A stretch of 64,000 nt of DNA from Pirellulales bacterium (GTDB lineage Bacteria; Planctomycetota; Planctomycetia; Pirellulales; JAICIG01). The DNA is taken from NCBI GenBank assembly GCA_040901675.1, contig JBBDYJ010000026.1:32001-96000 (forward strand). The letters are read 5' to 3'. How positions within the stretch are numbered: position 1 is the first letter of the stretch; every line of letters begins with the position of its first letter. Below are positions 37,996 to 49,700 of the stretch, piece after piece. The notes beneath the pieces were generated by a model. It made no database searches and was not told where the DNA came from. It worked only from the letters and a program-made list of their open reading frames with translations. The position numbers and the translations under genes were made by a program.

Positions 37996-40590
37996 ATGAG
38001 CTCGCCGAAGTCATTCACAGGCCGAACGCGACGGCGCCGGACCACGGTGGCGGTGCGCATTGCGGACCGGCTGGCCCAGGGGCTGATCGTTGGCGGGGGG
38101 ATCGGCACCATCGTGGCGGTTTCGATGGTGTGCATCTTCCTGGTATGGGTCGTGCTCCCGCTGTTCTGGGCGCCGTCGATCGAGCCAGCCGTCGACGTGC
38201 CGCCGCCCTGGAGTTCCAGCCCTCCCTGGCACGTCGCCGTCGACGAACATCAGAACTCGGCCTGGGCGCTCAAGCGAGATGGGTCGCTCGACGTGGTTCG
38301 GCTCGATCCGCCGCACGCGGGGCAGCTTCTCCACGAGCGCAAGCTGTTCGATGGCCCCCCGGTCTCTGCTGCCGCCTTCGGGCTCGAAGGGGACGAAGCC
38401 GCCTTCGGCTTTGCCGACGGCTCGTTCCTTATGGGCAGCATCCGCATGCGGACCAGCTTCGTCGATCCCAAGCGGCTCGAGGCTCCCTTTCGCGGCATGA
38501 AGCCCGGCGAAGTCCGGCTGGTCGAAGGCGACCTGGTCGAGCGGACCAGCCAGGGCCAGTTCCGCCGGCAGTCCCTTCAGATCGAGCTCGGCGAGCCACA
38601 ACCGACCGGCTCCACGTTCGCGGTGGCCTCGATCGACTTCTCGATGCGCTCGTCCGGGCCTGTTCTGGCCACCCTCTGCGCCGACGGCAGCGCCAGGTTG
38701 CACAGTTTGCGATCCGTGCGGAGCATGGAGACCGGCGAGACGGACTACCGGACACAAACCGCCGAGCTTGCCTACCCGCGGCGCAGCGGCCAGGCCAGGC
38801 CCACCCGCATCCTGGTTTCGGGCGTCGGCGACAACGTGCTCGTCGCCTGGCGCGACGGCCGCCTGGTGCGTTTCGACGTTCGCAACGCCAAGCAGCCTCG
38901 CCTGGCCGAAGAAATCGACCTGGTAAGCGAGCAGGAGGCCTCGCTAACCGCCCTGGAGTACATGATCGGCAAGGCCACGCTTGTGGCCGGCGACAGCACG
39001 GGCAGGATCCGGGGCTGGTTTCGCGTCAATCGCCCCGAGGCCGGCACCCCCGATGGAAAGACTCTGGTCGCCGCCCATGAATTGCCCGGTCCCGGCAGTG
39101 CCGTGCGTTCCCTGGCCGCCTCCGCCCGCAGCCGCATGCTGGCCGCCGGTTACGAGGACGGAAGCGTGCGGTTGTTCTACATGACCACCGAGGAGATCCT
39201 GCTGGAAACCCGCACCGAAGGACCGCCTTCGGCGCTGGCGGTATCTCCCAAGGACGACGGACTGCTGGCGGTGACGCCAGCCCGTCTCACGCGGTGGCGC
39301 ATCGACGTGCCCCATCCTGAAGCCACGCTGGCCTCACTGTTCACCCCACTTTGGTACGAAGGGGATAAACGGCCCGCCCACGTCTGGCAGTCGACCGGCG
39401 GCAACGACACGTTTGAGCCGAAGCTCGGCCTTTGGCCCCTGGTCTTCGGCACGCTCAAAGCCACCTTTTACTCGTTGCTGCTGGGCGTCCCCTTGGCCCT
39501 GCTGGCCGCCATCTACACCAGCGAGTTCCTGCCGCCCAAGGCCCGCTCCAGGATCAAGCCGACCATCGAGTTGATGGCCAGTCTGCCCAGCGTGGTGCTC
39601 GGCTTCATCGCGGCCCTGCTGCTGGCCCCGCTGGTCGAAGGCCTGGTTCCTTCCGTACTGACTTCCATTGTCACGGTGGTCTTGGCACTGTTGTCTGGCG
39701 GGTATCTATGGCAACTGTTGCCTTCGGCGGCCCGGGTGCAGCTTGCCCCTTGGCGGTTTGTCTTCATGTGTTTGGCGCTGCCGCCGGGGGCGGCGGCCGG
39801 TTTCTGGCTGGGCCCGTTGGTCGAGCGGCTGTTGTTTGCCGGCGACATCAAGATCTGGCTCAACGGCGGGGCGGGCCATGCCACCGGCGGCTGGATGCTG
39901 CTGCTCTTGCCCCTCTCCGGCGTGGCGACCGCCTGGCTGCTCGCCTCGCGCGTCAATCCGATCCTGCGGCGATTCGGCGCCGACTGGACTGCCTTTCAGG
40001 CGGCGGCCTTCGACTTGGTCAAGTTCGTGCTGGCCGTGCTGGCCGCGTTGGCCGCCGCCCTGGCGCTCTCCATGGCGCTGTCGGCTGCCGGGTTCGACCC
40101 GCGCGGCGACTACCTGGGCAGGTACGAGCCGCTCAATGCGCTAATCGTGGGCTTTGTGATGGGTTTCGCCATCATCCCTATCATCTACACGATTGCCGAG
40201 GACGCTCTGTCCACCGTGCCCGAACATCTGCGCTCCGCTTCGCTGGGCGCCGGGGCGACCCAGTGGCAGACCGCCACCCGGATCATTATTCCCACCGCCA
40301 TGAGCGGCCTGTTTTCGGCCGTCATGATCGGGCTGGGGCGGGCCGTTGGAGAAACCATGATTGTAGTGATGGCGGCCGGCAGCACGCCCGTGATGGAATG
40401 GAACATCTTCAACGGTTTTCGGACGTTGTCGGCCAACATCGCCACGGAATTGCCCGAGGCCGTTCGCAACAGCACCCATTACCGCACGCTGTTCCTGGCG
40501 GCGCTCGTGCTGTTTTCTTTGACATTCATCCTCAACACGGTGGCCGAGACGGTGCGGCAACGGTTCCGCAAGCGAGCGTTTCAGCTATGA
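37996..40590 (+). CDS. pstC: Phosphate ABC permease PstC, long form with a beta-propeller-like extracytoplasmic domain
   Basis: PLVFGTLKA, IKPTIELMASLPSVV, EDALSTVP...SLGAGAT.WQT, GRAVGETM. Confidence 0.9.
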   Translation: MSSPKSFTGRTRRRRTTVAVRIADRLAQGLIVGGGIGTIVAVSMVCIFLVWVVLPLFWAPSIEPAVDVPPPWSSSPPWHVAVDEHQNSAWALKRDGSLDVVRLDPPHAGQLLHERKLFDGPPVSAAAFGLEGDEAAFGFADGSFLMGSIRMRTSFVDPKRLEAPFRGMKPGEVRLVEGDLVERTSQGQFRRQSLQIELGEPQPTGSTFAVASIDFSMRSSGPVLATLCADGSARLHSLRSVRSMETGETDYRTQTAELAYPRRSGQARPTRILVSGVGDNVLVAWRDGRLVRFDVRNAKQPRLAEEIDLVSEQEASLTALEYMIGKATLVAGDSTGRIRGWFRVNRPEAGTPDGKTLVAAHELPGPGSAVRSLAASARSRMLAAGYEDGSVRLFYMTTEEILLETRTEGPPSALAVSPKDDGLLAVTPARLTRWRIDVPHPEATLASLFTPLWYEGDKRPAHVWQSTGGNDTFEPKLGLWPLVFGTLKATFYSLLLGVPLALLAAIYTSEFLPPKARSRIKPTIELMASLPSVVLGFIAALLLAPLVEGLVPSVLTSIVTVVLALLSGGYLWQLLPSAARVQLAPWRFVFMCLALPPGAAAGFWLGPLVERLLFAGDIKIWLNGGAGHATGGWMLLLLPLSGVATAWLLASRVNPILRRFGADWTAFQAAAFDLVKFVLAVLAALAAALALSMALSAAGFDPRGDYLGRYEPLNALIVGFVMGFAIIPIIYTIAEDALSTVPEHLRSASLGAGATQWQTATRIIIPTAMSGLFSAVMIGLGRAVGETMIVVMAAGSTPVMEWNIFNGFRTLSANIATELPEAVRNSTHYRTLFLAALVLFSLTFILNTVAETVRQRFRKRAFQL

Positions 40591-42560
40591 GCCTTTCCAG
40601 TGGCTTGGCACAATCCGCCCCTGATCCTCCGGCGACCCAGCCCGGTCGGCGCGGACGCCGCAAGGGCGCCTCGTTGCTCGCCGCGCACGGCGAACCGATG
40701 GTCTGGTTGACCGGCGGCGCATTGGCCATCGCTCTGGCCATGATTGTCGGGCTGCTCTTGATCATCCTGGTCGAAGGGGCTGCCACGTTCTGGCCGGTCG
40801 GCGTGGTGCGATTCACGACGCTCGACGGCCAGGTTTACATGGGCGAGGTGGCCCGCGACGAAACGTATCGGCCGGGCGACGAGGTGTTCGACGCGCTGGA
40901 AGAGGAATTCAAAGAAAAGGCGACGGCCAGCGTGGCAGCCGAGGGCGGCCGAGCCCATCGGACGCTGGTCCGAACGGGAAACTTCGAGCTCAGCAACTCG
41001 CATTTCCAATGGATCCAGGGTTTTCTCGTCCGGCAATCCGACCGGCCGCGTTGGGCCGTCGTTGTCGAGCGATTATCCGACGGCCGGTTCTACGGCTTCC
41101 CCGATTCCTTCCTGGTCGACGACCAGAGCGTCGCGGATTCGCCCGCCCACACGTGGGCCATGTTCCAGCGCCATCACGAGGAAGTACGCCGCCGCTGGAA
41201 AACCCGGCGAAGCCTGGAAACACACGCCATCGGCCGCATCAACAGCCTGCTGGAAGAGGCCCGCTTGGAGGTGCGCCAGGCCGAGTTGCGGCATGGAGCG
41301 GATTCAAGCGCGGCCGCCTCCGCCCGTCGCCGGATGGAGGAGGTCCAGGCGCAGGCGGACCGCGACTTTACCGGCATTCGCCGCCGCATCCGCGAGATCA
41401 ACGACGAGAACAACCGCTACCAGTTGGTTCTCTCGACTGCCGACGGCCAGCAGACGGCGCTGGCGCTGGCTGAGGTCGTCCGGGCTTACCCCGCCAATCA
41501 GTTGAGCACCTTCCAGCGGCTCGGCGTGTATGCCTCGCGCTGGGCCGAGTTCTTGCTGGACGATCCTCGGGCCGGCAATAGCGAGGGAGGGGTGTTCCCG
41601 GCCATTTTCGGCACCGTGGTCATGACGCTGGTCATGACCGTCGCCGTGGTGCCCTTCGGTGTGCTGGCCGCCCTGTACCTTCGCGAATATGCCAAGGCCG
41701 GCCTGGTGGTGAGTGCCGTGCGGATCGCCATCAACAACCTGGCCGGCGTGCCCAGTATCGTGTTCGGCGTGTTCGGGCTGGGATTCTTCTGTTACATCAT
41801 GGGTCATTACATCGACGCCGGCCCCTCCGCCCCTTGGCAGCCGCGGAGCTGGTTTGTGCTGCTGGGCGGACTGACGGTCGCCGCGGCCGCGGCGCTGATC
41901 GTGTCGTTGCTGGCCGGGCGCGCGCCAGCGTCGGGCCGGCGACTGCTGGGTGCTTTGGCGGTCGGGCTGTGGCTTGCCTGCCTGGCTTTGACGGTGCTGG
42001 CGCTGGCCAAGACGCCGTTCTTCGAGGGTTTTTTCGTGGCCCGCCTTCCCGACCCGACCTACGGCAAGGGGGGCCTGTTGTGGGCCTCGCTTACCCTGGC
42101 GCTGTTGACGCTGCCGGTGGTGATCGTGGCCACCGAAGAGGCGCTCTCGGCCGTGCCGCGCTCGATGCGCGAGGGCTCATACGCCTGTGGCGCCAGCAAG
42201 TGGCAGACGATCTGGCGGATCGTGCTGCCCCGCGCCATGCCCGGCATCATGACCGGCATGATCCTGGCCATCGCCCGGGGCGCGGGCGAGGTGGCCCCGC
42301 TGATGCTGGTGGGGGCCGTCAACGTGGCCCCCAAGCTCCCCCTGGACAGCGAGCCGCCCTTCCTGCATCCTGAACGCAGCTTCATGCACCTGGGGTTCCA
42401 TGTTTTCGACCTGGGCTTCCAGAGCCCCAACAGCGAGGCGGCCAAGCCCATGGTGTTCACCACGGCACTCTTGTTGATTTTGATAATTGCCCTGTTGAAC
42501 ATCATGGCCGTCTGGATTCGCAGCCGCTTGCGGCGGCGGTTCATGTCGAGCCAGTTCTGA
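40587..42560 (+). CDS. pstA: Phosphate ABC permease PstA, long form
   Basis: [49 protein letters not shown] overlap. Confidence 0.9.
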   Translation: MSLSSGLAQSAPDPPATQPGRRGRRKGASLLAAHGEPMVWLTGGALAIALAMIVGLLLIILVEGAATFWPVGVVRFTTLDGQVYMGEVARDETYRPGDEVFDALEEEFKEKATASVAAEGGRAHRTLVRTGNFELSNSHFQWIQGFLVRQSDRPRWAVVVERLSDGRFYGFPDSFLVDDQSVADSPAHTWAMFQRHHEEVRRRWKTRRSLETHAIGRINSLLEEARLEVRQAELRHGADSSAAASARRRMEEVQAQADRDFTGIRRRIREINDENNRYQLVLSTADGQQTALALAEVVRAYPANQLSTFQRLGVYASRWAEFLLDDPRAGNSEGGVFPAIFGTVVMTLVMTVAVVPFGVLAALYLREYAKAGLVVSAVRIAINNLAGVPSIVFGVFGLGFFCYIMGHYIDAGPSAPWQPRSWFVLLGGLTVAAAAALIVSLLAGRAPASGRRLLGALAVGLWLACLALTVLALAKTPFFEGFFVARLPDPTYGKGGLLWASLTLALLTLPVVIVATEEALSAVPRSMREGSYACGASKWQTIWRIVLPRAMPGIMTGMILAIARGAGEVAPLMLVGAVNVAPKLPLDSEPPFLHPERSFMHLGFHVFDLGFQSPNSEAAKPMVFTTALLLILIIALLNIMAVWIRSRLRRRFMSSQF

Positions 42561-42585
42561 TTGGTCTGATTGGAAAACCTGTTTC

Positions 42586-43497
42586 ATGCACACCTCGTCG
42601 GCTCCTAACCCGCGGCTCGAAGCACCGGCACACGCCGAGATCTCGCCGACAAAGGCCCGCAAGGTGGGCGTCGCGGGACGCCTCGAGGCAATTGCCCGCG
42701 GCGAGCCGGTCCAGACCGAGACACACCCAGCCGTGGCCGCCGAGGAGCCCGTGCTCGAGGTGGACGACTTCTGCCTCTGGTATGCCGCGAAGCAGGCCCT
42801 CTTCAACATCTCGATCGCGATCCCCAAGGGCAAGGTCACCTCGTTGATCGGGCCTTCGGGTTGCGGCAAGTCCACCTTGCTCCGCTCGGTCAACCGCCTC
42901 AACGACCTGATCGACACGGTCCGCGTCGAGGGGGACATGCGGCTCAATGGCGACACCATCTATCACACCCGGGTCGACGTCATCGAGCTGCGCAAGCGAA
43001 TGGGAATGGTCTTTCAGAAATCGAACCCCTTTCCCATGAGCGTCTTTGAGAACGTGGTCTACTCGTTGCGGATCGACGGCGAGCGCGACAGCCGCGTGCT
43101 CAGCGAAGTCTGCGAGCGCAGTCTCCGCGGGGCGGCCTTGTGGGACGAAGTCAAGGACCGCCTGCACGAGAGCGGTCTCAGCCTTTCCGGCGGGCAGCAG
43201 CAGCGGCTCTGCATCGCCCGGGCCATTGCCGCCGAGCCGGAAGTGCTCTTGATGGACGAACCCTGCTCGGCCCTCGACCCCATCGCCACGGGCAAGATCG
43301 AAGACCTCATCCGCGAGCTGCGCGGCAGCTATTCCGTGCTGATCGTCACCCACAACATGCAGCAGGCTTCCCGCACCAGCGACTACACCGCCTTCATGTA
43401 CCTGGGCCGCGTCCTCGAGTACGGTCCCACCCAGGACATCTTCACCAAGCCCTTTCTGAAGGATACGGAAGACTATGTCACCGGCCGATTCGGATAA
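42586..43497 (+). CDS. pstB: Phosphate ABC ATP-binding protein
   Basis: [39 protein letters not shown]. Confidence 0.97.
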   Translation: MHTSSAPNPRLEAPAHAEISPTKARKVGVAGRLEAIARGEPVQTETHPAVAAEEPVLEVDDFCLWYAAKQALFNISIAIPKGKVTSLIGPSGCGKSTLLRSVNRLNDLIDTVRVEGDMRLNGDTIYHTRVDVIELRKRMGMVFQKSNPFPMSVFENVVYSLRIDGERDSRVLSEVCERSLRGAALWDEVKDRLHESGLSLSGGQQQRLCIARAIAAEPEVLLMDEPCSALDPIATGKIEDLIRELRGSYSVLIVTHNMQQASRTSDYTAFMYLGRVLEYGPTQDIFTKPFLKDTEDYVTGRFG

Positions 43498-44362
43498 GCC
43501 TCCCGATTCCACTCGCCGGTTCCGCCCGGGCCAGTTCAGCCTGCGGACCATGATGGTCTGTATCGCGGTATTCAGCATCTGGCTGGGATGGTACGTACAT
43601 TCGGCCACCCGTCAGCAACGAGCTGTCCGAGCAATTCTCGAACGGGGCGGGACGGTCACGTACGACTACCAGTACGACACCGCACAGGATCGGGTAGTGC
43701 CGAATGGGAAAGCGCCCCGTCCGGTTTGGCTTCAACGGCTTCTCGGCGATGACTACTTCCATCATGTTGTGCGAGTCAGCCTCGATGACGTTGCCACGGA
43801 CGCGGATCTCGTACACCTGGAAGTCATGCCCCGGCTGAGACAGCTATTTCTCGGCGGCGCCGATGTCAGCGACGCGGGGCTCGAGCACCTCGAGAACCTG
43901 AGAGAACTGCGATTGCTCGTGCTATGGGGAAACCCGATTTCCGGTAGAGGGCTCAAGCACCTGCGAGGCCTGAAAGAACTGCGACAGCTGGACTTGAGCC
44001 AAACTCCAAGCCAAGACGAGCATCTCATCCATCTCACGCATCTATCGAGATTGGAAAGGCTGGATCTACCCAACAATCCCCAAATCTCCGGTTCATTTCT
44101 GGAACACATTGCCGACCTGCCAAACCTTCAGAGCCTTGTGCTGCGTGGCAGTGGAATCAGCGACGAATATCTCGTACATCTCAAGCGCACAAAGAAGCTG
44201 CAGTCGCTGATGCTGGACGGCACCCAAGTGACAGACGCCGCCGTCATCCATCTGCAAGATCTCACGAGTTTGCAGAATCTGGATGTTACCGATACTGGCG
44301 TCTCGCGGGCTGCGGTGGCGGTCATCAAGGCTAGCTTGCCCCAGGCAAGCATCAAACCGTGA
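43475..44362 (+). CDS. Membrane-anchored leucine-rich-repeat protein
   Basis: QFSLRTMM planctomycete-type N-terminus, TM, LRR repeats; overlaps the 3' end of pstB. Confidence 0.85.
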   Translation: MSPADSDKPPDSTRRFRPGQFSLRTMMVCIAVFSIWLGWYVHSATRQQRAVRAILERGGTVTYDYQYDTAQDRVVPNGKAPRPVWLQRLLGDDYFHHVVRVSLDDVATDADLVHLEVMPRLRQLFLGGADVSDAGLEHLENLRELRLLVLWGNPISGRGLKHLRGLKELRQLDLSQTPSQDEHLIHLTHLSRLERLDLPNNPQISGSFLEHIADLPNLQSLVLRGSGISDEYLVHLKRTKKLQSLMLDGTQVTDAAVIHLQDLTSLQNLDVTDTGVSRAAVAVIKASLPQASIKP

Positions 44363-44599
44363 CTCAGGGTTGACTTATTGAGCCAGCGCGGGTCGCGTTA
44401 TTCATGCATCCTTCTTCTACGTCCGTCGAGGTGGAACCATCGGCTCTGGTTTCGCGTCTAATCGCCAAGAGACGCAATCGGCAGGCCGCCAAATGCTCGC
44501 TTGCCGCCTGCGCACGCTGCGACCATAATCGTTCGAGAGGAAGGCACCGCTCAAAAAGGCCCGACGGGCCGCAGAGTATCCCCACCTTGAGGGCACACC

Positions 44600-46195
44600 G
44601 TGGCTGCTCGCTTCGATCCCTACCAGGCCTGGCTCGGCATCGCATCGGTCGCCAGGCCTCCCAATCATTATGAGCTTCTGGGGCTGCCGGCTTTTGAGAG
44701 CGACGCCGGCCGGATATCCACGGCGTTCGAGCGTCAGAAGGTCCGCGTCAGTCAGATGGCCACCGGCCCTCAAACGGCACTTGCCGAACAGGTCCTGCAA
44801 CAACTTTCCAGCGCCAGGCAGACATTGATCACGCCCGGTGCCAAACAGGCGTACGATGCCCAGTTACGGGCCACTGCGGGTTCCCTTGCGTCACACCCTC
44901 CGCGCCGGGACGCTGCTGATGCGCTGCTGCCCCCCATGGCGGTCCCGGGGCCGCGGCCTCAACCGCCCACGGTGCCCATGGCCACGCTGATCAGCCCTCC
45001 GGGATCCGCGCCGGCCTTGCGGCCGCCGCCTCCGCCGATCGCTGCTCCAGCGCGTCCGCCCGTGGCCACGCCGGTGTACCCGCACGGGCCAGCCCTTGCA
45101 CCGGGCGGGGCGCCTCAGGCGCAAGGCGCCGCCGTGCTGCCTTCGGTGTCGACGGCCCCCAGTACAGTGAGTGCTTATCTTCACCGGCCCAAGCGCCGGC
45201 GGTCGTCGTTCGCGCCGGCGGCGATCGGACTGGCCGTGGCCGCAATTCTGGCCACCGCGGCCGCGGTGTACATACAGTCGGATCGGCAGGGCCCGCTTGC
45301 ACAAGGCCCCGGGGCACCCACCGACCAGCCAAAGCGGGCTCCCGAGACCGAAACCCATACTTCGGATGCCGCTCATCCGGATGTCGGCACCAGCCAACGC
45401 CGCTCTCATGGCGAGCGGGGCTCGCGCCGGTCGCGGCGCGCAGTCGATGGCGGCCGCCGGCCCGCAATCGCTGCCGTGGCCCGCATGTCATCGAGCGATC
45501 CATCGCCGGGCTCGGGCGACCCGCTGATGGCGAGCGACGTCTCGGCCGATTCAGACAATCCCAAAGACTCCGATTCGATGCCCGACATGGACGACGGCAT
45601 GTCAAACGCCGCGGATGCGGCAGGCGACTCGGCGCAAGCCGTCACTGCTGGCCAGCGGGATCCGCCCAATCCGCAGATCGAGGCATCGGTCAAGCGCAAT
45701 CTGGCCGCCGCGCGGGCGGCATTGGCCCGCCGCGACGTAGCGGCCGCCGAAGAGCAACTCAATCTGGCGATGCTCGACGTGGAAACACGCGAATTGGAGG
45801 CCGAAATCGACCGGGCGTTATTGCTCTCAGCACACGTGGCCGACTTCTGGCAAGCTGTCGGCAAGAGCCTGGCTGGACTCGAGGTGGCCGAAGAACTGGA
45901 CCTCGATGGCCAGGTCGTCATCGTGGTCGAGTCAGAGAATCGATCGCTGGTGGTTCGAGGGGGCGGCCGCAACCGGACATACACGTTGGAAAAGCTGCCC
46001 GTCCCGCTGGCACTGCTATTGGCCCAGCGGAGCCTGCCCAGGGACGACCCGAAGTCCAAAGCGGCTCTGGGCGCCTTCCACGCGGTCGACGCCAGGGGCG
46101 ACGTGGCCCAAGCCCGCCGATTGTGGCAGGAAGCAGCCGGCCAAGGTTTCGATGCAGCGTCGTTGCTGTTGGAATTGGACAGCCGTTCCGAGTAA
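44600..46195 (+). CDS. Protein with a degenerate J-domain-like N-terminus, Pro-rich linker, TM and helical C-terminal domain
   Basis: FDPYQAWLGI...PNHYELLGL...KQAYDAQL; no HPD motif. Confidence 0.7.
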   Translation: MAARFDPYQAWLGIASVARPPNHYELLGLPAFESDAGRISTAFERQKVRVSQMATGPQTALAEQVLQQLSSARQTLITPGAKQAYDAQLRATAGSLASHPPRRDAADALLPPMAVPGPRPQPPTVPMATLISPPGSAPALRPPPPPIAAPARPPVATPVYPHGPALAPGGAPQAQGAAVLPSVSTAPSTVSAYLHRPKRRRSSFAPAAIGLAVAAILATAAAVYIQSDRQGPLAQGPGAPTDQPKRAPETETHTSDAAHPDVGTSQRRSHGERGSRRSRRAVDGGRRPAIAAVARMSSSDPSPGSGDPLMASDVSADSDNPKDSDSMPDMDDGMSNAADAAGDSAQAVTAGQRDPPNPQIEASVKRNLAAARAALARRDVAAAEEQLNLAMLDVETRELEAEIDRALLLSAHVADFWQAVGKSLAGLEVAEELDLDGQVVIVVESENRSLVVRGGGRNRTYTLEKLPVPLALLLAQRSLPRDDPKSKAALGAFHAVDARGDVAQARRLWQEAAGQGFDAASLLLELDSRSE

Positions 46196-46240
46196 TCGTT
46201 CGCCTCTGAAATCGCCCACGGCCGGTTTTGGCGCTCCAAC

Positions 46241-46693
46241 ATGCCGCAAGCCCGACAAGCTTTAGTGGTGCTTCTTCGCCTGGTGGGCTGCTTCGACCTG
46301 TTGGCGTTGGGGGGCGTGGTCATGCCCCAGGCCTGGATGGAGGCCACCCATGTCTGGCTGAAAATGGGCACCTTGCCCGATGCGCCGGTGGTCGGCTACC
46401 TCGCCCGATCGGCTTCGATGCTGTACGCGGTGCATGCGGCAATGATCCTGTTCATCTCGTTCGATGTGGTTCGCTATTGGCGGCTGATTACGTTTGTAGC
46501 CATTTCGACCATCGTCCTGGGAGTCACGATCCTGGCGATCGATCTGGCCGAAGGCATGCCGCTGTTCTGGACGCTGCTGGAAGGCCCAAGCCTCGTTGTC
46601 GTGGGGGCGTTGTTGCTGGCGCTCCAAGGCATGGCCGGCTGGGGCGTTCCCGGAGAGTCAATTGCGGACGGCTCGCGCCTCAAGTTAGAATAG
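46241..46693 (+). CDS. Small 4-TM membrane protein
   Basis: Four hydrophobic segments, YLARSAS, EGP motifs. Confidence 0.7.
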   Translation: MPQARQALVVLLRLVGCFDLLALGGVVMPQAWMEATHVWLKMGTLPDAPVVGYLARSASMLYAVHAAMILFISFDVVRYWRLITFVAISTIVLGVTILAIDLAEGMPLFWTLLEGPSLVVVGALLLALQGMAGWGVPGESIADGSRLKLE

Positions 46694-46779
46694 CCACCTG
46701 CCCGGTACTCGCGCAATCGATTGCGGTGACGGCCGCGCCGGCCCGCCAGCTACGCCTCCCAACGACCCAAGGTACTTGC

Positions 46780-49700
46780 ATGCAGTTCCGTTTTCCCGCC
46801 GGCATCGCGGCGTTGGTTCTTAGCCTTTCCATCGTCCCGCCGGCGCCGGCGCAGCAGTCGCCCGAGGACGAGCTGAAGTCGCTGGTCGTGGCCGAAGGGT
46901 TCGAGGCATCGATCTTCGCGTCCGAGCCGATGATCACCAACCCCGCGGCCATCGACATTGATACGCAGGGCCGGGTCTGGGTGGCCGAGATCCACTGGTA
47001 TCGCGGCCAGGCCAAGGAGCCGCCCGCCGACAAGATCAAGGTGCTGGAAGACACCGACGGCGACGGGCGGGCCGACAAGGTCACGGTCTTTGCGGACGGC
47101 GTGTTTGCGCCGATGAGCATCTGCGTGGCAGGCGACAAGGTTTACGTGGCCACCAGTCCGGATTTGTGGGTCTACGAGGACAAGGACGGTGATCTCATAG
47201 CCGATGGCCCACCTACCAAGCTGTTGACCGGTTTCGGCGGTTACAACCACGACCACGGCGCCCACAGCCTGGTGCTCGGCCCTGACCACAAGTGGTGGAT
47301 GTCGCACGGAGACACCGGTTTCAACGTGAAGGGCATCGATGGCTCGCACATCGAATACAAGTGGGGCGCCATGCTGCGAGGGGAGCTCGACGGCAGCCGC
47401 CTGGAGACCGTGGCAGTCAACTTCCGTAATCCCTACGAGATCTGCGTGAGCTCATTCGGCGAATCTTTTTGCAGCGACAACGACAACGACGGCAACTTCA
47501 GCGTGCGGATCTGCTGGATCCTCGAAGGAGGCAACTATGGCTGGTTCGGCGCGCCGCCGGCCAAGGTTCCCCCCGGCACGCCGCTGGGCGAGCATTGGCA
47601 CTTCCGCGGACATGTCCCCGGTTTCGTGCCCGCCACGCTGGTCACCGGCTTCGGATCGCCCTGCGGCATCTGCTTCTACGAAGGAGACGCCTTTGGCGAC
47701 CAATACAAGAACGCACCGCTGCACACCGACGCCGGCCCCCGCGAAGTCCGCATCTACCGGCATGAGCCGCACGGCGCCGGCATGCGGGCCACCAGCCGGG
47801 TGTTCATGTCCAGCCCCGACGACGCCTATTTCCGTCCCGACGACATCTGTGCCGCCCCCGATGGCACGCTTTACGTCGCCGACTGGTACGACGGCGGCGT
47901 CGGCGGTCATGCCTATAACAATCCGGATCAAGGCCGCATCTTCCAGTTGCGGCCCACGGGCAAAAGACCCCAGCGTGTCGGCGAGCCGGGCCCATACGCC
48001 ACCGTCGAGCAGGCGATCGAAGGTCTGAAGAATCCCAACCTGGCCACGCAGTTTCTGGCGCGCGAGCGGCTTCTGGCCGAGGGGTCTTCCAGCATTGTTC
48101 CGCTGAAGGAACTGTTGAACGACAAAGAACCGAATTATCGGGCCCGCGCGCTTTGGCTCCTGGACCGCATTGGCGGCCAAGCGCGGCAGGCCGTGGTCGA
48201 TCAGCTCAAGAGCGACGATCCGGCCTTCCGTGCTTTGGCGGTGCGCATTCTGCGGCGCCACGGCGCCGAGTATGCCGAGCCGCTGCTGGACATGGCGGGC
48301 GACGACTCCCCCGAAGTCCGCCGCGAGGTGCTCTTGGCCCTTTCCAGGCTCGAAGGGACGCGTGCCGAGCAGGCGCTCGTCGAGATGGCCGCCAGCTACG
48401 ACGGCACGGACCGCTATCTACTCGAGGCGATCCATATTGCCGCCGGCCGACGCAAGGCCCAGTTGTACCGGGCACTCGAACGAGCCGGGCGGATTTCGAT
48501 CGACAAGGTGCAATTGCTGCAGGTGCTCGATCCCAAGGCGGCCGCGTCGTTCCTGGCCGAGAGCCTGGCGGCCACGAACCTGGACGAATCGGCCCGCCAG
48601 ATGCTGTTGGAGCACCTGGGGGGCACGGCGTCCGCCGAAGCGGGCCAGGCGGTCCTCAAGCTGGCCACCGATCCGGAGGCCTCGGCCGATATGCGGCGTC
48701 TGTCGCTGAACCTGCTGGCAGCCAACCTGCCTGGCAACTGGCAAGCCTTGAAGCGCGGGCCCGAGCTGGCCTCGGGGCTGAGGCACCTTCTTTCCGATCC
48801 CGACTGGCAGGCGGCGGCCCTGACCCTGGCGGGTGACAACGGCCTCCATGAGCTGGCAGCCGAGATCCTGGCGCTTGTCCAATCGGCCGAGCTGTCGGTC
48901 GGCGTCCGCCAGCAGGCCGCCCGAGTTGCCGCTCAACTGCGGGTGGAAGGGGCGGCCGCGGCGCTTGCCAAGCTGCTGACGTCGAAGGAGCAGCCGTTGG
49001 CGGAGGCGGGCCTGTCGGGCCTGGTTCAATTGCAGCATTGGCCGCCGGTCCGCAAGGTGGTCTGCGGCACCGTCGGCACACCGCGACTGCAAGCCGAGGC
49101 GGTCGAGCAACTGATGAGCTCGACGGGCGGCGCACTGGTGATGCTGCGTCTTATCGACGACCAGGCCGTCAGCGATGCCGTGGCCAAAACGGCGATCGAC
49201 CAGGCCATCCGTCATCCGGACTCGAACATCCGCGTGCTGTTTGAGCGGTTTGTCCCGGAAGACCAGCGGCCACGGCGGCTGGGCAGCGCGGTCCAGCCGG
49301 CCGAAATTCTGGCCCTGGAGGCCGACGCCGATCGCGGCCGGCAGATTTTCTTTCAAAGCTCGGCCGCGCAGTGCAAGAACTGCCATCGCGTGCAGGGGCA
49401 GGGAGGCGGCATCGGACCGGATCTGAGCCAGATCGGGAAGAAATACGACCGGGCCGCCCTGCTGGAGACAATCCTCGAGCCTTCCAAGGCCATCGCGCCG
49501 GAGTACATTGCCTACCTGCTGGAGACCCAAGACGGGCTGGTTCACGCCGGTTTCGTGGTGGACAAGAGCGACGAGCAGGTCGTGCTCAAGGACGCGAACA
49601 ACAACCTGATCCGTGTGCCGGCCGGCGAAGTGGCCCTGCTGGCAGCCCAACAAAAATCGCTGATGCCCGAGCTGGTGCTCAGCGACGTGACTGCTCAGGA

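Noticed and set aside
46228..46779. N-terminal extensions in the ORF track (also 2313, 6834, 16479, 17326, 29315, 30454, 36433, 39432)
   Set aside because: They overlap other genes or repeats. Downstream ATGs with an RBS, signal peptide or ATGA coupling fit better.
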